From the NCBI GenBank assembly GCA_964016885.1, contig OZ024743.1, positions 126,046,001 to 126,110,000 on the forward strand: a stretch of 64,000 nucleotides of DNA, in the 5' to 3' direction. This document shows, piece after piece, positions 12,975-26,643 of the stretch. Below the pieces are notes generated by a model that was not told the origin of the DNA, searched no databases, and saw nothing but the letters and a program-made list of their open reading frames with translations. This DNA is from Eledone cirrhosa. Taxonomy: Eukaryota. The translations under genes were made by a program, and so were the position numbers. Position 1 is the first letter of the stretch; each line of letters starts with the position of its first letter.

Positions 12975-14116
12975 CACCGTTTTATGTCCATTTTTCCACG
13001 CTAGCCTGGGTTAGATGAGTTGTCCTGTTGTGGGCAATGATGAGTCAGGTCTTGCTCATACAGAACTGATTTTGGCTTGGTTTCTACAGCTGGATGCCCT
13101 TCCTAACGCCAAGTTCATTTACAGTGAGTACTGGGTGCTTTTTGTTGTCACCAACATGACCACTTAACAGTCTGGGCTGGGCGCTTTTTGTTGTCACTAA
13201 CATGACCACTTAACAGTCTGGGCTGGGCGCTTTTTGCCGTCACCAACATGACCACTTAACAGTCTGGGCTGGGCGCTTTTTGCCATGTCACCATCATGGC
13301 CACTTTACAGTGTGGGCTGGGGGTTTCACTGGATGTATACTTCAGCCTGTCCTCATGGGAGATGTGTGGGGGCTGCGTACTGTATATATGCTTCAGCTTG
13401 TGCCTGTGTAAAGCCAGAGATGTCGGTCCTGTGTCATTGCCTTTGAGAGGTGCAATTAGGCAAGGTCGGCTTTTATCACCTCATCCCAAGTCTTCCTGGG
13501 TCTCCCCACTCCAAGGCTTCCATCGACTTTGAGCACTCTGCACCTTTTTATGCAGCTGTCATCCTTCATACCAACGCAGTCTCCTCTTCTGCACACAGCA
13601 TTTGATTCCTCTTATGCCTAGTTTCTTTCTTATTGCGTTTATGCTTCGCTGTTCATGTGTATTACTATTACACATCCATCGGAGCATGCAAGCTTCATTT
13701 CTTTCCAATCTATGCAATTCTTCTGTACACAGCACCCAGATCTCACTACTATGCAACATTGTTGCTCATATGCATGCATCATACAGCCTGCCTTTCGTTT
13801 TGAGGGAAAACCCTTTTGCAACTAGCAGTGGTTGTAGCTCCCTGAACTTCTTCCATCCCGTTCTTACTCTGGCTTTTATACTGCTAAGTTGGTCTCCTAG
13901 GTAGAAGAAGCTGTCTACTGTTTCTACTGATGCCTCCCAGAATTGTGCTTGTTTCCTGTGGCCATTTGCTGTTTACTGTCCTGGTGCAGCTGCTACATGT
14001 AAAGCCTACATTCTTAGTTAAACTTCCTGAGATCCCACTACTTCTCTTGTGTACCCATAGTTTGAATTTGGGACAGAGTATGGAATTTCTACCTACACCT
14101 TTCTTACATACTGTGC
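12975..14116 (-). mobile_element. Degraded RTE LINE 3' part, with ~48-bp tandem repeats in the 3' UTR (~13150-13320)
   Basis: ORFs with CTVCKKGVGRNSILCPKFKLWVHKR and MLHSSEIW..LERNEACMLRWMC..RRLRWY. Family 3' UTR core ctacagctggatgcccttccta. Confidence 0.85.
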
Positions 14117-14459
14117 AAGGTTCAATTATCAATGTGAAGAGAACATAGACAAAATATACGTAATTTTTTCTTCAAAGTCCCAACTGTACAGTTCCACTGA
14201 CTAGTATGCAGCCAGAGTTCAACTAAAACGCACCGGGGCCGTGAGGCTATCAGCTTTTCAAGAGACTCGTCAATGAAAGGACAAATTCATGAACTGACCA
14301 CTACTAGTGAAAAATTCTCAGGAGGGAGAATTATCACATGGTATAATACGTTTAGCAAGTAATATATCTGCTAGAAGAAGCAGCCAGTACCTGCCTATTT
14401 CATGCAACTGTAAGGGAGTTGGGACAAAATAATTATAAGATACACATATATATAGATAC

Positions 14460-14529
<70 letters not shown>

Positions 14530-14957
14530 CCAGTGGTTAGAGCATTGGCCTTGCAATCGAAAAGTTGTGTGTTCAATTCTCAGACCGGGTGATGTGTTGT
14601 TTCCTTGAGCAAGACACTTTATTTCACATTGCTCCAGTTTACTCAGCTGTAGAAATGAGATGATAGGGACTGGGGTTCCTATCATTCCACTGCAAAGTGA
14701 TCATGGAGGTGCCACGGCAAAAAGCACAAAGCCCACACTGTAAAGTGGACGTGTAGGCGCCACGGAAAAAAAAAGCACCCATCACTCACTGTAAATGAGG
14801 TTGGTGTTAGGAAGGGCATCCAACTGTAGAAATGAAGCCAGAATCAGTTCCCGTCCCACCCTTGCAAGCAGGGAAAAGCGGATGTAAAATGATGATGATG
14901 ATATATATAACTCCTTTATATATATATATATATGTGTGTATATATATATGTGTATAT

Positions 14958-14995
<38 letters not shown>

Positions 14996-15161
14996 ACTCA
15001 CACATATATATATATAATCTTTTTTATTCCACCCCACTCCCTCTTTCGTGTTTCTCTTTATACCACTCCTTTCACTTGTCTTCCCCCACCCCTCACTCTT
15101 TGATAACTGTTTCCCTCTCTTCCCTACCCTGTCAGATTAGATAGAATTTCAAGCCAATTTG

Positions 15162-15211
<50 letters not shown>

Positions 15212-15497
15212 TATGTATATATATATATATGTATATATCTTTCCTTTATTGTAAAAATGTTAAAAAAAAAAAGACAAGCCCCATTAAAGTGTCAATTAGC
15301 AGTTGTCCACCTGTTTGTTCATCTATCTATCTGTCCATCTGGCTGTCTATGCCCCCCTCTAATTAAGGGTAGCTATAGGAGAGCTTAGTGGTGGTGGGAG
15401 GAGGATAAGTATAGTGTCATATTCCACTGTCAGTGGAATCACATTAGTTGTTGCTATTTGCTTTGAATTGTTTTTCTTTTCATTTGAACACAGTTGT

Positions 15498-15531
<34 letters not shown>

Positions 15532-18500
15532 TCCTCTCTACTAGTAATGAATCTGCCAGCTCTACCACTACTTCTACTGCTGCTGCTGCATGCCACCAAA
15601 AATGTCATCTGTAAAGGAGAGTAAAGAAAGACAAAAGAAATACCTAACTGTAACCAACAAATAATTACCCCACTACTGCCACCACCACTACCACTTGGTA
15701 ATCTGTTGTTTTGCTATATAACTGTTCACTAGACCTTGTTTCCTTTTATAATAAAGGTGTAGATGTTTCCTTTATACTAGCATTTAGTTACAAGATAATC
15801 AGACTGAGAATATACATTCAGTAAACCCTCAGTTTAATGTCAACAAATTTAACTATTTCATTACCCTATTTTTAATGAAAGACACTGCCTATGATTTTCA
15901 AGTTATTTTTTTAAATAATTAAGAATTGTGTGGGGGGGGATTAGTGATATAACTAACTTTTTCATTATTAAACTAGAGTTTAGAAGGTAATTTAATAAAT
16001 GTGTTTACATAAAATTATGATGGAAAGTTTTTAGATAAAATAGTCGTTTAGGTGCCATGATAAAAAGTGCCCAGTCCACACTGTAATGTGGTTGGCATTA
16101 GGAAAGGCATCCAGCCATAGAAACCAAGCCAAAATACAGGTCCATAAGAATAAGGCATTGTCACCTGACCTGAATTGTCTCATAACATGACAACTTGTCT
16201 AACACATGCAAGCATGGAAAAATAGACATTAAACAGTGATGAGGAAAATCTTATCTCTCTGAGGGCTTGTGAGGGCCATGGACACTACCTTCATCCAGAC
16301 CTAAAAAAAATTTATAAAATAATTGTTTCTACTTTTGGCACAAGGCCAGCAATTACCAGTACATTACTGGTACTTTATTTTATCGAGCCCGTAAGGATGA
16401 AAGGCAAAGTTAACCTCGGCGGGATTTGAACTCCATTCTGAGTTCAAATCCCGCCGAGGTTAACTTTGCCTTTCATCCATTATTATTATGGTTACTGTAA
16501 AGTACTCTTCAGCTTCACTGTCAAAAGTGAAATAAAAATTATATATTCTTTACTACAATTAAATCATTTTATATTGTGTCCTTCTGATAGTCAAGATTTA
16601 TTTACATTTAAAAGACTTCCTTCAGCATTAACAAACACCCCTTCCCTGTTTAGTTCATTAAATCAAAAGTTTTCTACATTATTCTTTTATTGGTTTCAGT
16701 CATTAAATTATGGCCATGTTGGATCTCTGCTTTCAAGGATTCAATCATTGATCCCAGTATCTATTTCAGTCTGACATTTATTTTATTAAACTCTATCAAA
16801 CTGCTGAGTTTGGAAACATAAGGTGACAGCATAAAAACCACCAATTTTTTTTTATTAATCTTTTAAAAGCAGTATAAACACACACATACATATATATATA
16901 TATATGTATATCATCATTATTTTAGAGTCTGCTTTCTATACTGGCTTGAGTTGGACAGGCTGTTATGGGCTGAGTCAATTCTTATTTGGAGTTACTACTC
17001 TCTTAGGTGAGTCTTAGGACCATGTCATATTCATACATTTCAAAATTTGGCATGGTTCCTATGGCTAGATACCCTTTCTAACACCAACCCCTTAACAGAG
17101 TGCACTGGAAGCATTTTATAGTAGCACTAACACTAGAAGGGTTGCCTTATCCTTGAGGCAACTGAAAAATCCAGTATACACTTTTTGGTATGATATCTGT
17201 GACTGGATGCCTTTCCATATGTTAACTACTTTGCAGAGTGAACTTCATATTCTTTGAGGTTAAATCTAAATTTATTGATTTGTAGGTACGGAATTAGTAA
17301 AGTTGTTAGAGCATAGGACAAAATATCTTGTGGAATATCTGATCTCTCAGTTCAAATCCAGCCAAAGGCAACTGTACCTTTCATCATTTCAGGGTTGATA
17401 AATTAAATTATCAGTCCAGAAAGAAGGATTGGTGTAATTGTTAGTGTCATACAATACACCTTGTATTTATTCTGGATTTTTGCATTCTGTGTTCAAGTCC
17501 TATTGTGATTGGTTGAGTGTATCATCATCCTCCTTTTTATATGTTTTTTTCATATTTGCATGAGTTTCATGGGTCTTTTCTAGCACAACTTCCATCCTCT
17601 TATGTTCCATTGTCATCTCCTATAAAATTCAGAATTTTGATATGCACTCTTATCACCTCTGCCTAGGTTTTCCTTGACCTTTTTTTTTTCTTTTACTGCA
17701 GCTTCCTTCCACTGGGAACTCTTGGCATTTGTTCACTCAACGATCATTTTATGCATCACATGTTCATACCTACACAGTCTTACACACTACATCTGATTCC
17801 TCTTAGACCCAGTTTTTCTCTCAGCTCATCCATGCTTCATCGCTCATATACATTAACATCACACATCTATCAGACCATGCTCACTTCATTTCTATTCAGC
17901 CTTTGTTTATCCTTTGCATTTATATTCCACATTCCACCCCATTCAACCTTGCACTTTGCAAGCAAGCATCATACAGCCGGCCTTTCTATCCTTGTAGAGA
18001 GAAACATTTTAACTAATTTCATTCTGACTAATCTGCTGTTTGTTCATACCACTGGGGTCAGAAGTGGAATTCCTCCTTTAGTCTTCTGTTGACCTTATCA
18101 ATTTTATGGCTGAGTTCAGCTCTAACTTTTCCTATCTTCCACCAAGAAGCTGTCTGTCAGAATTAGGCTAGAAATGAATACAAACTACTTTATCTTGTTG
18201 CTTTATTTTCTTATATTCTCACTGATTGTGTCTTCTCTAAGTGACATTAGCACCTGGTTTGTCTCTTTTATTGTACTTTATTGTTGCATTGACATTTATC
18301 ATTGTTTTCTTCAAAAAAAGCAAAGAATCTTAAAAAAGTAATAGATATATTCCAGACATTTATTTTATTTTAACTTTTTTTTTATAAAAAAAACAAAAAA
18401 AAACATTTTTTAGACATGAGGTAACCAAAATAAAAGGAACAAAAAAAAAAAAGAAATCTATTTTAAATTACTTCTCTGTCTAGTAATGTAACTAAATTAG

Positions 18501-19121
18501 GAAAAAAATTAGTGTTACAATTATTTTGTGGTGGAAAAGGCAGGAAAGTAAAGCTTGGAGGTAGAGTTCAATAAGGAAACAGTAAATTGGCACTCATGAG
18601 AGAGTTGGTCAATAGGTTTTGCATTATTGCTCTGGCTGTCTGCACTCTGAGTTCAAATCTTGCTGGGTTCAGCATTGCCATTTATGCTTTTGGGGTTAAT
18701 AAAATAAAGTACCAGTCCAGGGCAGAAGATTAGCAGTAGTTAGAATGTCAAATTAGTTGCCTTGTGATATTTGTTCTGGTTGTTTGAGTACTTAGTTCAA
18801 CTATTGTTGTTTAGGATGTTATATCCATTACACAATACTGTGTGTATCTCATTTACAAGAGGTAATTATACTCAGAATTATTACCAGGATTGTTATTAAG
18901 TATCTACCAAAAATTGGGCAGTTTTGAAGTTTGGGTGGTTCTGGTGGATGTCAATCCCTGCAAGAGATCGAAACTTTAATGTCCTGATGTTCATTAGTAT
19001 ATGAATAAGCTAATTAGCATAATTAGTTAAATTATAGCAACTGTGAGTGATAATTACTTGATGTTCAGTTATACTGTTTTTCTATTGTTTTTCCCAATTA
19101 ATCTATAGTGTTTTTGTTACA

Positions 19122-19850
19122 TAGGGTTTGTCCCAAAAGTAAGGGCACTGAAGTTTTATTTAAATGTATATTAGACGTTCATGAAATTACAAATACAATT
19201 TTCAAAATACGGCCTTGGGAAGCCACACAGTGGTTCCAACATTTTTTCCATTGATCGTAGCAGTACTGAAAGTTATTTTCTGTTATTCTCTTCAGCTCGT
19301 TGGTTACAATTTTTGGTATGTTTTCCTCAGTTTCAAAATGATGACCCTTCTACTTTGATTTTGACTTAGGGAAGAGATAGAAATCACACAGAGCTAGATC
19401 TGGGCTGTAGGGAGGATGAAGAAGAGTGGCAATGTCTTTCTTCACCAGAAATTCTCAAGTGCTGTATGAGCAGGCGCGTTGTCGTGATGCAGTACCCACT
19501 CTCCTGCAATGTCCTTTCAGTTTCACTGGACTCATTTTCGAAGTTGTTCCAAGACATCTGTGAGAAGATGCAATTAACTGTCTGTCCTGGAGGTAAGAGT
19601 TCTTTGTGAACACTACCACAGCTGTCAAAAAAAATGATAATCATCATTTTCACTCTGGATCTGCTCATGTATGCTACTCCTCACCTTTCTGTTTTGTCTC
19701 TGGATTGTACTTGAACACCCATGATTCATCTCTTGTTATTACTTTATCCAAGAAATTTGGCTGAATTTCGAGTATTTCTAGTAAATCCTGACAAGAGTGG
19801 CAGATTTCACTGCTGTTACAGTTTAGTGTTCGCTTACTCACACCCAGATG
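19122..19850 (-). mobile_element. Mariner transposase remnant
   Basis: Minus strand encodes KMMIIIFFD...LPPGQTVN, HHDNAPAH and HPPYSPDLALCDF in shifted frames. TIR-like end tagggtttgtcccaaaagt at ~19122; the other TIR was not seen. Confidence 0.8.
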
Positions 19851-20040
19851 TTAGGTATAGAAGACATCTTATGGATTTTGCAAACAAACTATTCATGGTG
19901 GTTGTTTATTTACATATAGTGCAAGCTTAGCCAGCTACCTCTCAGTGAGACTAAACGTATGTTTATTATAGCTAAACATATTGTATATGTGTTCACATAT
20001 GCCTTTAAACACACTTATTAACTATTTGATAATTAAATTG

Positions 20041-20225
20041 CCATATATACTCAAATGTAAGCCGAGGAATATGTGACCAAAAAAAAATCAATGGTAATAT
20101 GGGAGGTTGGCTTATATATGCCATCTAAACAATGTGTTGATTACCTACCTCAGTTTATAAATGGAGTTTGGATTTTCGCCTATTTCTCAAGCAGGGGGGG
20201 GGGGGTTGCATTCGAGTATATATGG
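20041..20225. mobile_element. Tc2/pogo-like MITE
   Basis: Imperfect TIRs ccatatatactcaaatgtaa and ttgcattcgagtatatatgg; TA on the right flank. Confidence 0.6.
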
Positions 20226-20663
20226 TAGATGTGGTTAGACAGCAGATAGAACTTTTTGGCTGTTCTTATAAAGGAATAATAACACAATGGTTAAGATTAT
20301 AGCTGAACATAAAACTGAATATTTAATTGATTGTGAACAAGGTTTTCTTATCACATAGCTTTCTGAGTTAATTTCTCCAAACATTTCTTATCACATAGCT
20401 TTCTAAGTTAATTTATCCAAAAATTTCTTTGTGAATTAAGATAATGATCTTTTACAACATTAAACTTTGATATATCTGCCAGGCATGGCTGTAGTGTGGT
20501 TAAGAAATTTGCTTCATAACCGCGTATTTTGGATTTAGGTTCAACTCCACTGTGCAGGCCTGCATTGATCAATATCTTGTGAGCAGAATTTGATAGACAA
20601 GAACTATGCTGAAAGCTGTTGTTCACAAACATTCATATGTACACTATTACATGAATACAAGTG

Positions 20664-20705
<42 letters not shown>

Positions 20706-21249
20706 TCAATCACATATTCACAGACCTCTGAAACTCTTTTCTAAAAACCTTGTATTTGACTGACCCAAATTCAGCAAAGAGCTTTAATAAGTCACAAAGA
20801 AATATTGACACACATGCATGCATGCACATATGTATCTATTTGTTGCTGTATATTGCTCATATGTTCCACTTTAGTATGGTTTCATGGTTTCTACAGCTGA
20901 ATGCCCTTCCGAGTGCCAACCAGTTTACAATGTGTATTGGGTGCATTTTATTGGGCATCCGTATTACCTCTTTACAGAGTGTACTGAGTGCATGTTATTT
21001 ATAGTATACATAGGCACAGACATGGCTATGGGGTTAAGAAGATCACTTCACAACCATGTGACTTTGGGCTTTAATTCTGTCTGGCACTTTAGGCAAGTGT
21101 CTTCTCTGTAGACACAAGCTAACCAATGCTTTGTGAGTGAATTTTGTTGATGGAAACTATGAAAGAAATCCACCCCCAGCTACTTTTAGCCGATAGAGCA
21201 CTCTAGACATTCAGAGTTCTTCCATACATTGGTGACACAGCCTGTCACA

Positions 21250-23250
21250 CACATTCATTGAAGGCATTGCAATACCCCCCAGGAGTTTCTACTCCAAGCA
21301 ACTCATTGAAAAAACAGAAAGTGTGCTCAGGTGTATGAAATGGAAAGTTTATTTCTTTGATAGGGATACACCCACTTCCACTCCTGAACATAAGTTTGGA
21401 TTCAATTTACAAAAATCCATCTTACAATAAGGATATGTTACCTTTTGAAACTGACTTAATCAACTTAATAAAAAAAGTAAAATTCAACAAACAAATAAGT
21501 TCCAACAAGAACTGAAAGAGCACTTACTCCCTTTCAAAAATTCAAGGAATCTATTCATATGGGTCAATAAAACCAAGAACACCTATGAATTATAACAACC
21601 AATTGTATGATTCTCTACTGCCCAGTAACATCATGAATACCTACAAAAATAAACAACCACAGTGTGTACAATGACATTAATGATGAAGCAAAAAAATCTA
21701 GCTACACAACTGGGAAGTTAAGTGACTTGCACCCTGAAAACCCTACCTCCGGCTGTAAGACCATAAAGAAAATGTTACTGCAAACCCAAAATGTCCTCTA
21801 ATCAACCCCATATAAAGTGAAATGGGTAGAGTCAGCAAACAAAGTCTTGACAATATAAGCACCAATATCAAACAATGGAACTGCAGCAGCGCCACCATCA
21901 AGTGGTTCAATGACATAGATGATGAAACAACTGCAATTTCATATAATTTAACATTTTTGATTTCTACCCATCCATTTTTCATGAGCTACTCCTCCAGTTC
22001 CTGGAGTTCAGTAAAAGCTACACTACCATCACAGACGACATGAATCATACTAAACGTGAGAAAGTAACTGCTGTACTACAATGACTCTTTCTGGGTAAAG
22101 AAGCACAGTGACATACTCTTCGATGTCGCAATGAGTCGTTTTGATGGAGCGGAGGTGGCAGATCTTGATGATCTACACCTGTTGCACACTCTGAAGAACA
22201 AACTCCCAGGTGTTTAGCTTGTAATATACAGAGATGATAGACTTGGCATTGCCCACAACTGCAGCAGGCATGACATGGATAAGCTGAGAAAAACCCTAAT
22301 TAGAATAGTGAGCTGGCTGGGTCTAAGATTCACTGTTATTAACCAACCACAAAATTGCAGATTTCCTGGATATAACTCTCGATCTTAACACAGGCCCACA
22401 TCGACTTTCACAAGCCAAATGGAGGCTGCAGCTATATCAACAAATGCTCCAACCACCCACCTTACATTATGCACCAAATAGTGAAGAACATGACTAGGCA
22501 GATATCTAGCCCATCTTCAAATAGACAGATATTCGACACTGCTGCCTTCTACTACAGCCATGCATTAAATGAAAGTGGTTTTAGTGAGAAGCTAACATAT
22601 ATTCAGCCCATCCAAACCAACAGAACACACAGAACCAAGATGTTCATCTGGTATTACCCTCCCTACAGTATCAATGTATCTACCTACACAGCTGGACACT
22701 TTCTTTCCCTTATAAGAAAGCATTTTCCCACCACACACCAGTACTATACATTTTTTTTAACAAGAATACAGTTAAGGTATGTTACAGCTGCCTTAACGAT
22801 ATTGGACCACCAATCCTGAACAAACACACCACACAAACTAACAACATGTCTCATGTATCTCGGGAATGCAATTGTAGAGACAAAATTCGATACCCACTGG
22901 ACTATAAATACCTATCCAGGGAGCTCATATATAAAGTTGTTACACAGGGAAAAATTTACATTGGATTGACAGAAAATACATTTAAATCTTGCTTTTCTCA
23001 ACACTTGAATACATTTAATAACAGATGACTGCAGAATTCAACTTCTTTGTCAAAATATATTTAGCAATTGAAAAAAAAGCAGGATTACAAGCCCTACCAT
23101 CAAATAGCAATTTGGCAAAGGCAAAAGCCAATAAGGAATGAGGCACAAGATGCCACTTATGTACCACTGAAAAGCTAAATATCCTCGTCTCATCAACTAA
23201 TATCTTGAACTCACAAGAGTAAAGACTGTCCTGCTTACATACCATTCAGC
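21250..23250 (+). mobile_element. Decayed Penelope-like element (RT + GIY-YIG), Naiad-like
   Basis: Frameshifted motifs EKTESVLRCMKWKVYFF, PFETDL, (N)KTKNTY, KDHKEN..P.C.LINP..SEMGRVSK, FDVAMSRFDGAEVADL, YRDD, FLDITL, SNHPP, IWYYPPYS, then CNCR...IYK..IYIGLTENTFK..HL..F and CHLCTTEK. These match my recollection of Naiad-clade PLE signatures. Confidence 0.82.
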
Positions 23251-24521
23251 CTATGTCACTTCAAACATATGCACCCCTTGGACAACACCAACGCACATAC
23301 CGGATAACTCCATGGATTACCTACTAGATAATGATGTGTATCAGATTGTACAAATGTTGGAAGATCCCCCCCCCCCCGCGTCCTGACTATATCTGTGCAA
23401 CGACTGCCCACCCCCAAGTTTTGCTGACTGCAGGTAACCCTGCATCAAAACAATTTCTTTCACTATTTCATGTATCATATTCCATAACTCCATATTTCAT
23501 GAGCATCATAATCTTTATATTTTCCAAATCTTATTTTTATATTATTTCTTTTTTTAAATTTTTTTATTCTTTATAATTTATATTTTACATTTCCTTGAAA
23601 CCAACATCACCTTGTCACCATTTACCCACTCATCAGTTTTCACCATTATTATAATCACATATATATATTTCACCACCCTCATATGTTACGCTCTAACTCT
23701 ATATTTCATAATTTCATAATCTTTATAGTATTGCATTATGGTATATTAGTGAAGGTGTGTGGCTGAGTGGTTAGAGAATTGGGTTTGCAATTGTGAGGTT
23801 GAGTTCGATTCCTGGACCGGGTGATGTGTTATGTCCTTGAACAAGACACTTTATTTCATGTTGCTCCTTCTTCCTGGACTTGAGATCGGTAGATAGTATA
23901 AGCAACTGGAAAGACCATTGGAAACATTGTTTCCTCGGTCTGATTTGACGAGGTCTGGGATCTTGTCGATTATAGTATATTATACATTATATTTTATTTA
24001 AATCTACATCATTTTTTTCATATTTTTTCTATTCTAAATTACATTATTTTATATTTTACATATTTTAAATTACATTATTTTATATTTTACATATCTCCTC
24101 AATACCAACACAATTGCTATCACCACTATTAACTCCCATCCTAGCCTCCATCACTCACTCATCACATTTTTTTCTCTACCATCATCATCATCATCATCAT
24201 CGTTTAACGTCCATGTTCCACGCTTGCATGGGTTTGGACGGGAGTTTTCCCAGTTGCACAGGTCACCATTGAGACCTCAGGCGTCCTTGAATCTCATGCA
24301 GCCGAGCTCCTCCATAAAATCAGAAAGTCAGCAACCTGTCTGAGGAAGGAGTCCCTCAAGGTGGGGTGACCGTTGCAGCAGGTGTTGCTGGCCATTGTCT
24401 GTAGAAATGCCTTTGCTGTTTTCATATATACCAGTTATCATATATACACTATATCTTATAACTTCACACTTCATGATATTTCATAATCATAATCTCTATA
24501 TCTTATTTTATTTTAATTCTA

Positions 24522-24832
24522 GGAGGTAAATCCCTCATCTAGGTTGCGACATGCTGTAACACATTCTCCACCTTTAACTTAGTCACTTCGACCACAAACC
24601 CTGGTACCGGGGCTTGTCCAACCTCTTCCTTTTTGCACAGGTCACCATCGAGACCTCAGGCATCCTTGAATCTCATGCAGCCGAGCTCCTCCATAAAATC
24701 AGAAAGTCAGCAACCTGTCTGAGGAAGGAGTCCCTCAAAGTGGGGTGACCGTTGCAGCAGGTGTTGCTGGCCATTGTCTGTAGAAATGCCTTTGCTGTTT
24801 TGTCTGCAGGCGCAGCTGAAACACTGCTCTGA
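24522..24832 (+). mobile_element. CRE-like non-LTR element, C-terminal restriction-like endonuclease remnant
   Basis: GGKSLI*VATCCNTFS (cf. GK.L.WDATC.DT), then FAQVTIETSGIL...LQQVLLAIVCRNAFAVL (cf. F.P.AIET.G..QR.S.A..RGNA). Confidence 0.65.
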
Positions 24833-26535
24833 CCTAGGTGTAGAGTCTGTCACCCTCTCTTTTTAGTCCTTGTTCTCCCCTTCCCCCCTCTTTATTCCGT
24901 GGCCTAAAAGACCTTGCTCTTTCCCTCCTTTTCTTCTCATTTATGGCATTTATAGTCCTTTCCTTTACTTTCCTATACATCCAGATCTGCCCTTTTTTAC
25001 CCCTTCCCCCTTTTTTTCATTACTTAATTTTGTTTTTAGCTTTTTTAATATTTCCATCATATAACTTTTGTTTGTAAAATATAATTGGCATAAAAAAATG
25101 TTTAATCTTAATTTTAAAATTATTTTTCATAACCTTTTTTATTATAGTTTTTCAGACTTAATATCTTATCCTTGATACTACCATACTACCACTCCACACA
25201 GTATTTCAACCCACCCACTACCACCAAATACCCACTGAACCGTTCCATTTTATTCTGCCAATTCCATCAATTTTTTCCTTCTCTCCCCCTCCTCATATGC
25301 ACACCATAATCATCATCATCTATTAGATTCTTATCATAGTTGTATTCTTCCTTCCATTGCCACTGACCCAATTCATCTTACCTTCTCTTCTTCATTTCAG
25401 TAAAAATATCTATTTCAGCTGACCAACCTTTAAAAACTATTTCCACCCCCCTCCCGCCTCACATATCCATTATCACTATCACTTAGCCCAACCCAATCCA
25501 CTGCAGCTACCATCCTTTCTATTCTATTTTCATCTTAATTCCTTTATTTTTTTAAGTAAACCCCCTCTTTCAGGTTCTCTTCCCTCATTTGTGCTACCTA
25601 TACTATATAATTGAAAGTTTAGTCCTGTCTGAGGACCTCTGAGTGTGCAGGTGAAACTCCAGAGTAACAAGACTCACTAAAAAAAAGCTACTCAATACAT
25701 TGGTAGAGTATAGGCATCTTTGTTTTATATAGAAATGACTTCTACAGGACTAGAACTGATGATTTCATAAGAATGAAACAGTTCTACTCCTGTAGAAGTC
25801 ATTTCTGTACATCATATATATATATATATATCATCATCATCATCATCATCATCATCGTTTTACGTCCGTTCTTCCACGCTAGCATGGGTTAGACGGGTTG
25901 TCCTGTTGTGGGCAGTGTCTGGTTGGCTGACCATGCCTTGCTCATACAGGAACTGATTTGGCTTGATTTCTACAGCTGGATGCCCTTCCTAACACCAACC
26001 TCATTTACAGTGAGTGCTGGGTGCTTTTTCGTGGCGCCTACACGTCCACTTTACAGTGTGGGCTGGGTGCTTTTTTGCCGTGGCACCTCCACGACCACCT
26101 TGCGGTGGAGGGTGTGGGGGCATATTGTCTATATGCTTAAGCTTGTACCCATGGGAGGTCGGGTACTCTGTATTACTGCGTGACGCCAGAAGTCACGGTC
26201 GTGTGTCATTGCCTTTGAGAGGTGTAATTGGGTAAGGTCGGCTTTTATCACCTCATCCCAGGTCATCTTGGGTCTCCCCACTCCGCGGTTTCCATCGACT
26301 ATATATATATATCACAGCATTATCAATAAAGGACTTTAACATCTCAAACTACTGCGCATTTTCTTATTCTATTTATATATATATATGAAAAGATTCAGGA
26401 CTCCGGCTGTTTCGACAGCTAGAGCTCAGCCATCGGGGCCCTGAATCTTTTCATATTACCCACTTTACTACCCCAAGTATCGAGTACTCTGGTGCGTTAT
26501 GGTCCACCTGGTATCTTCCCACACCTTCTTTGTTT

Positions 26536-26643
<108 letters not shown>

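Noticed and set aside
13150-13320. Regularly spaced repeats resembling a CRISPR array
   Set aside because: Contiguous tandem units without unique spacers, inside a LINE 3' UTR in eukaryotic DNA.
22860-23180. Possible selenocysteine (in-frame TGA) recoding, as reported for some Naiad elements
   Set aside because: Conserved Cys positions read TGC/TGT or have decayed to TAC, not TGA. The copy is too degraded and no SECIS was recognised.
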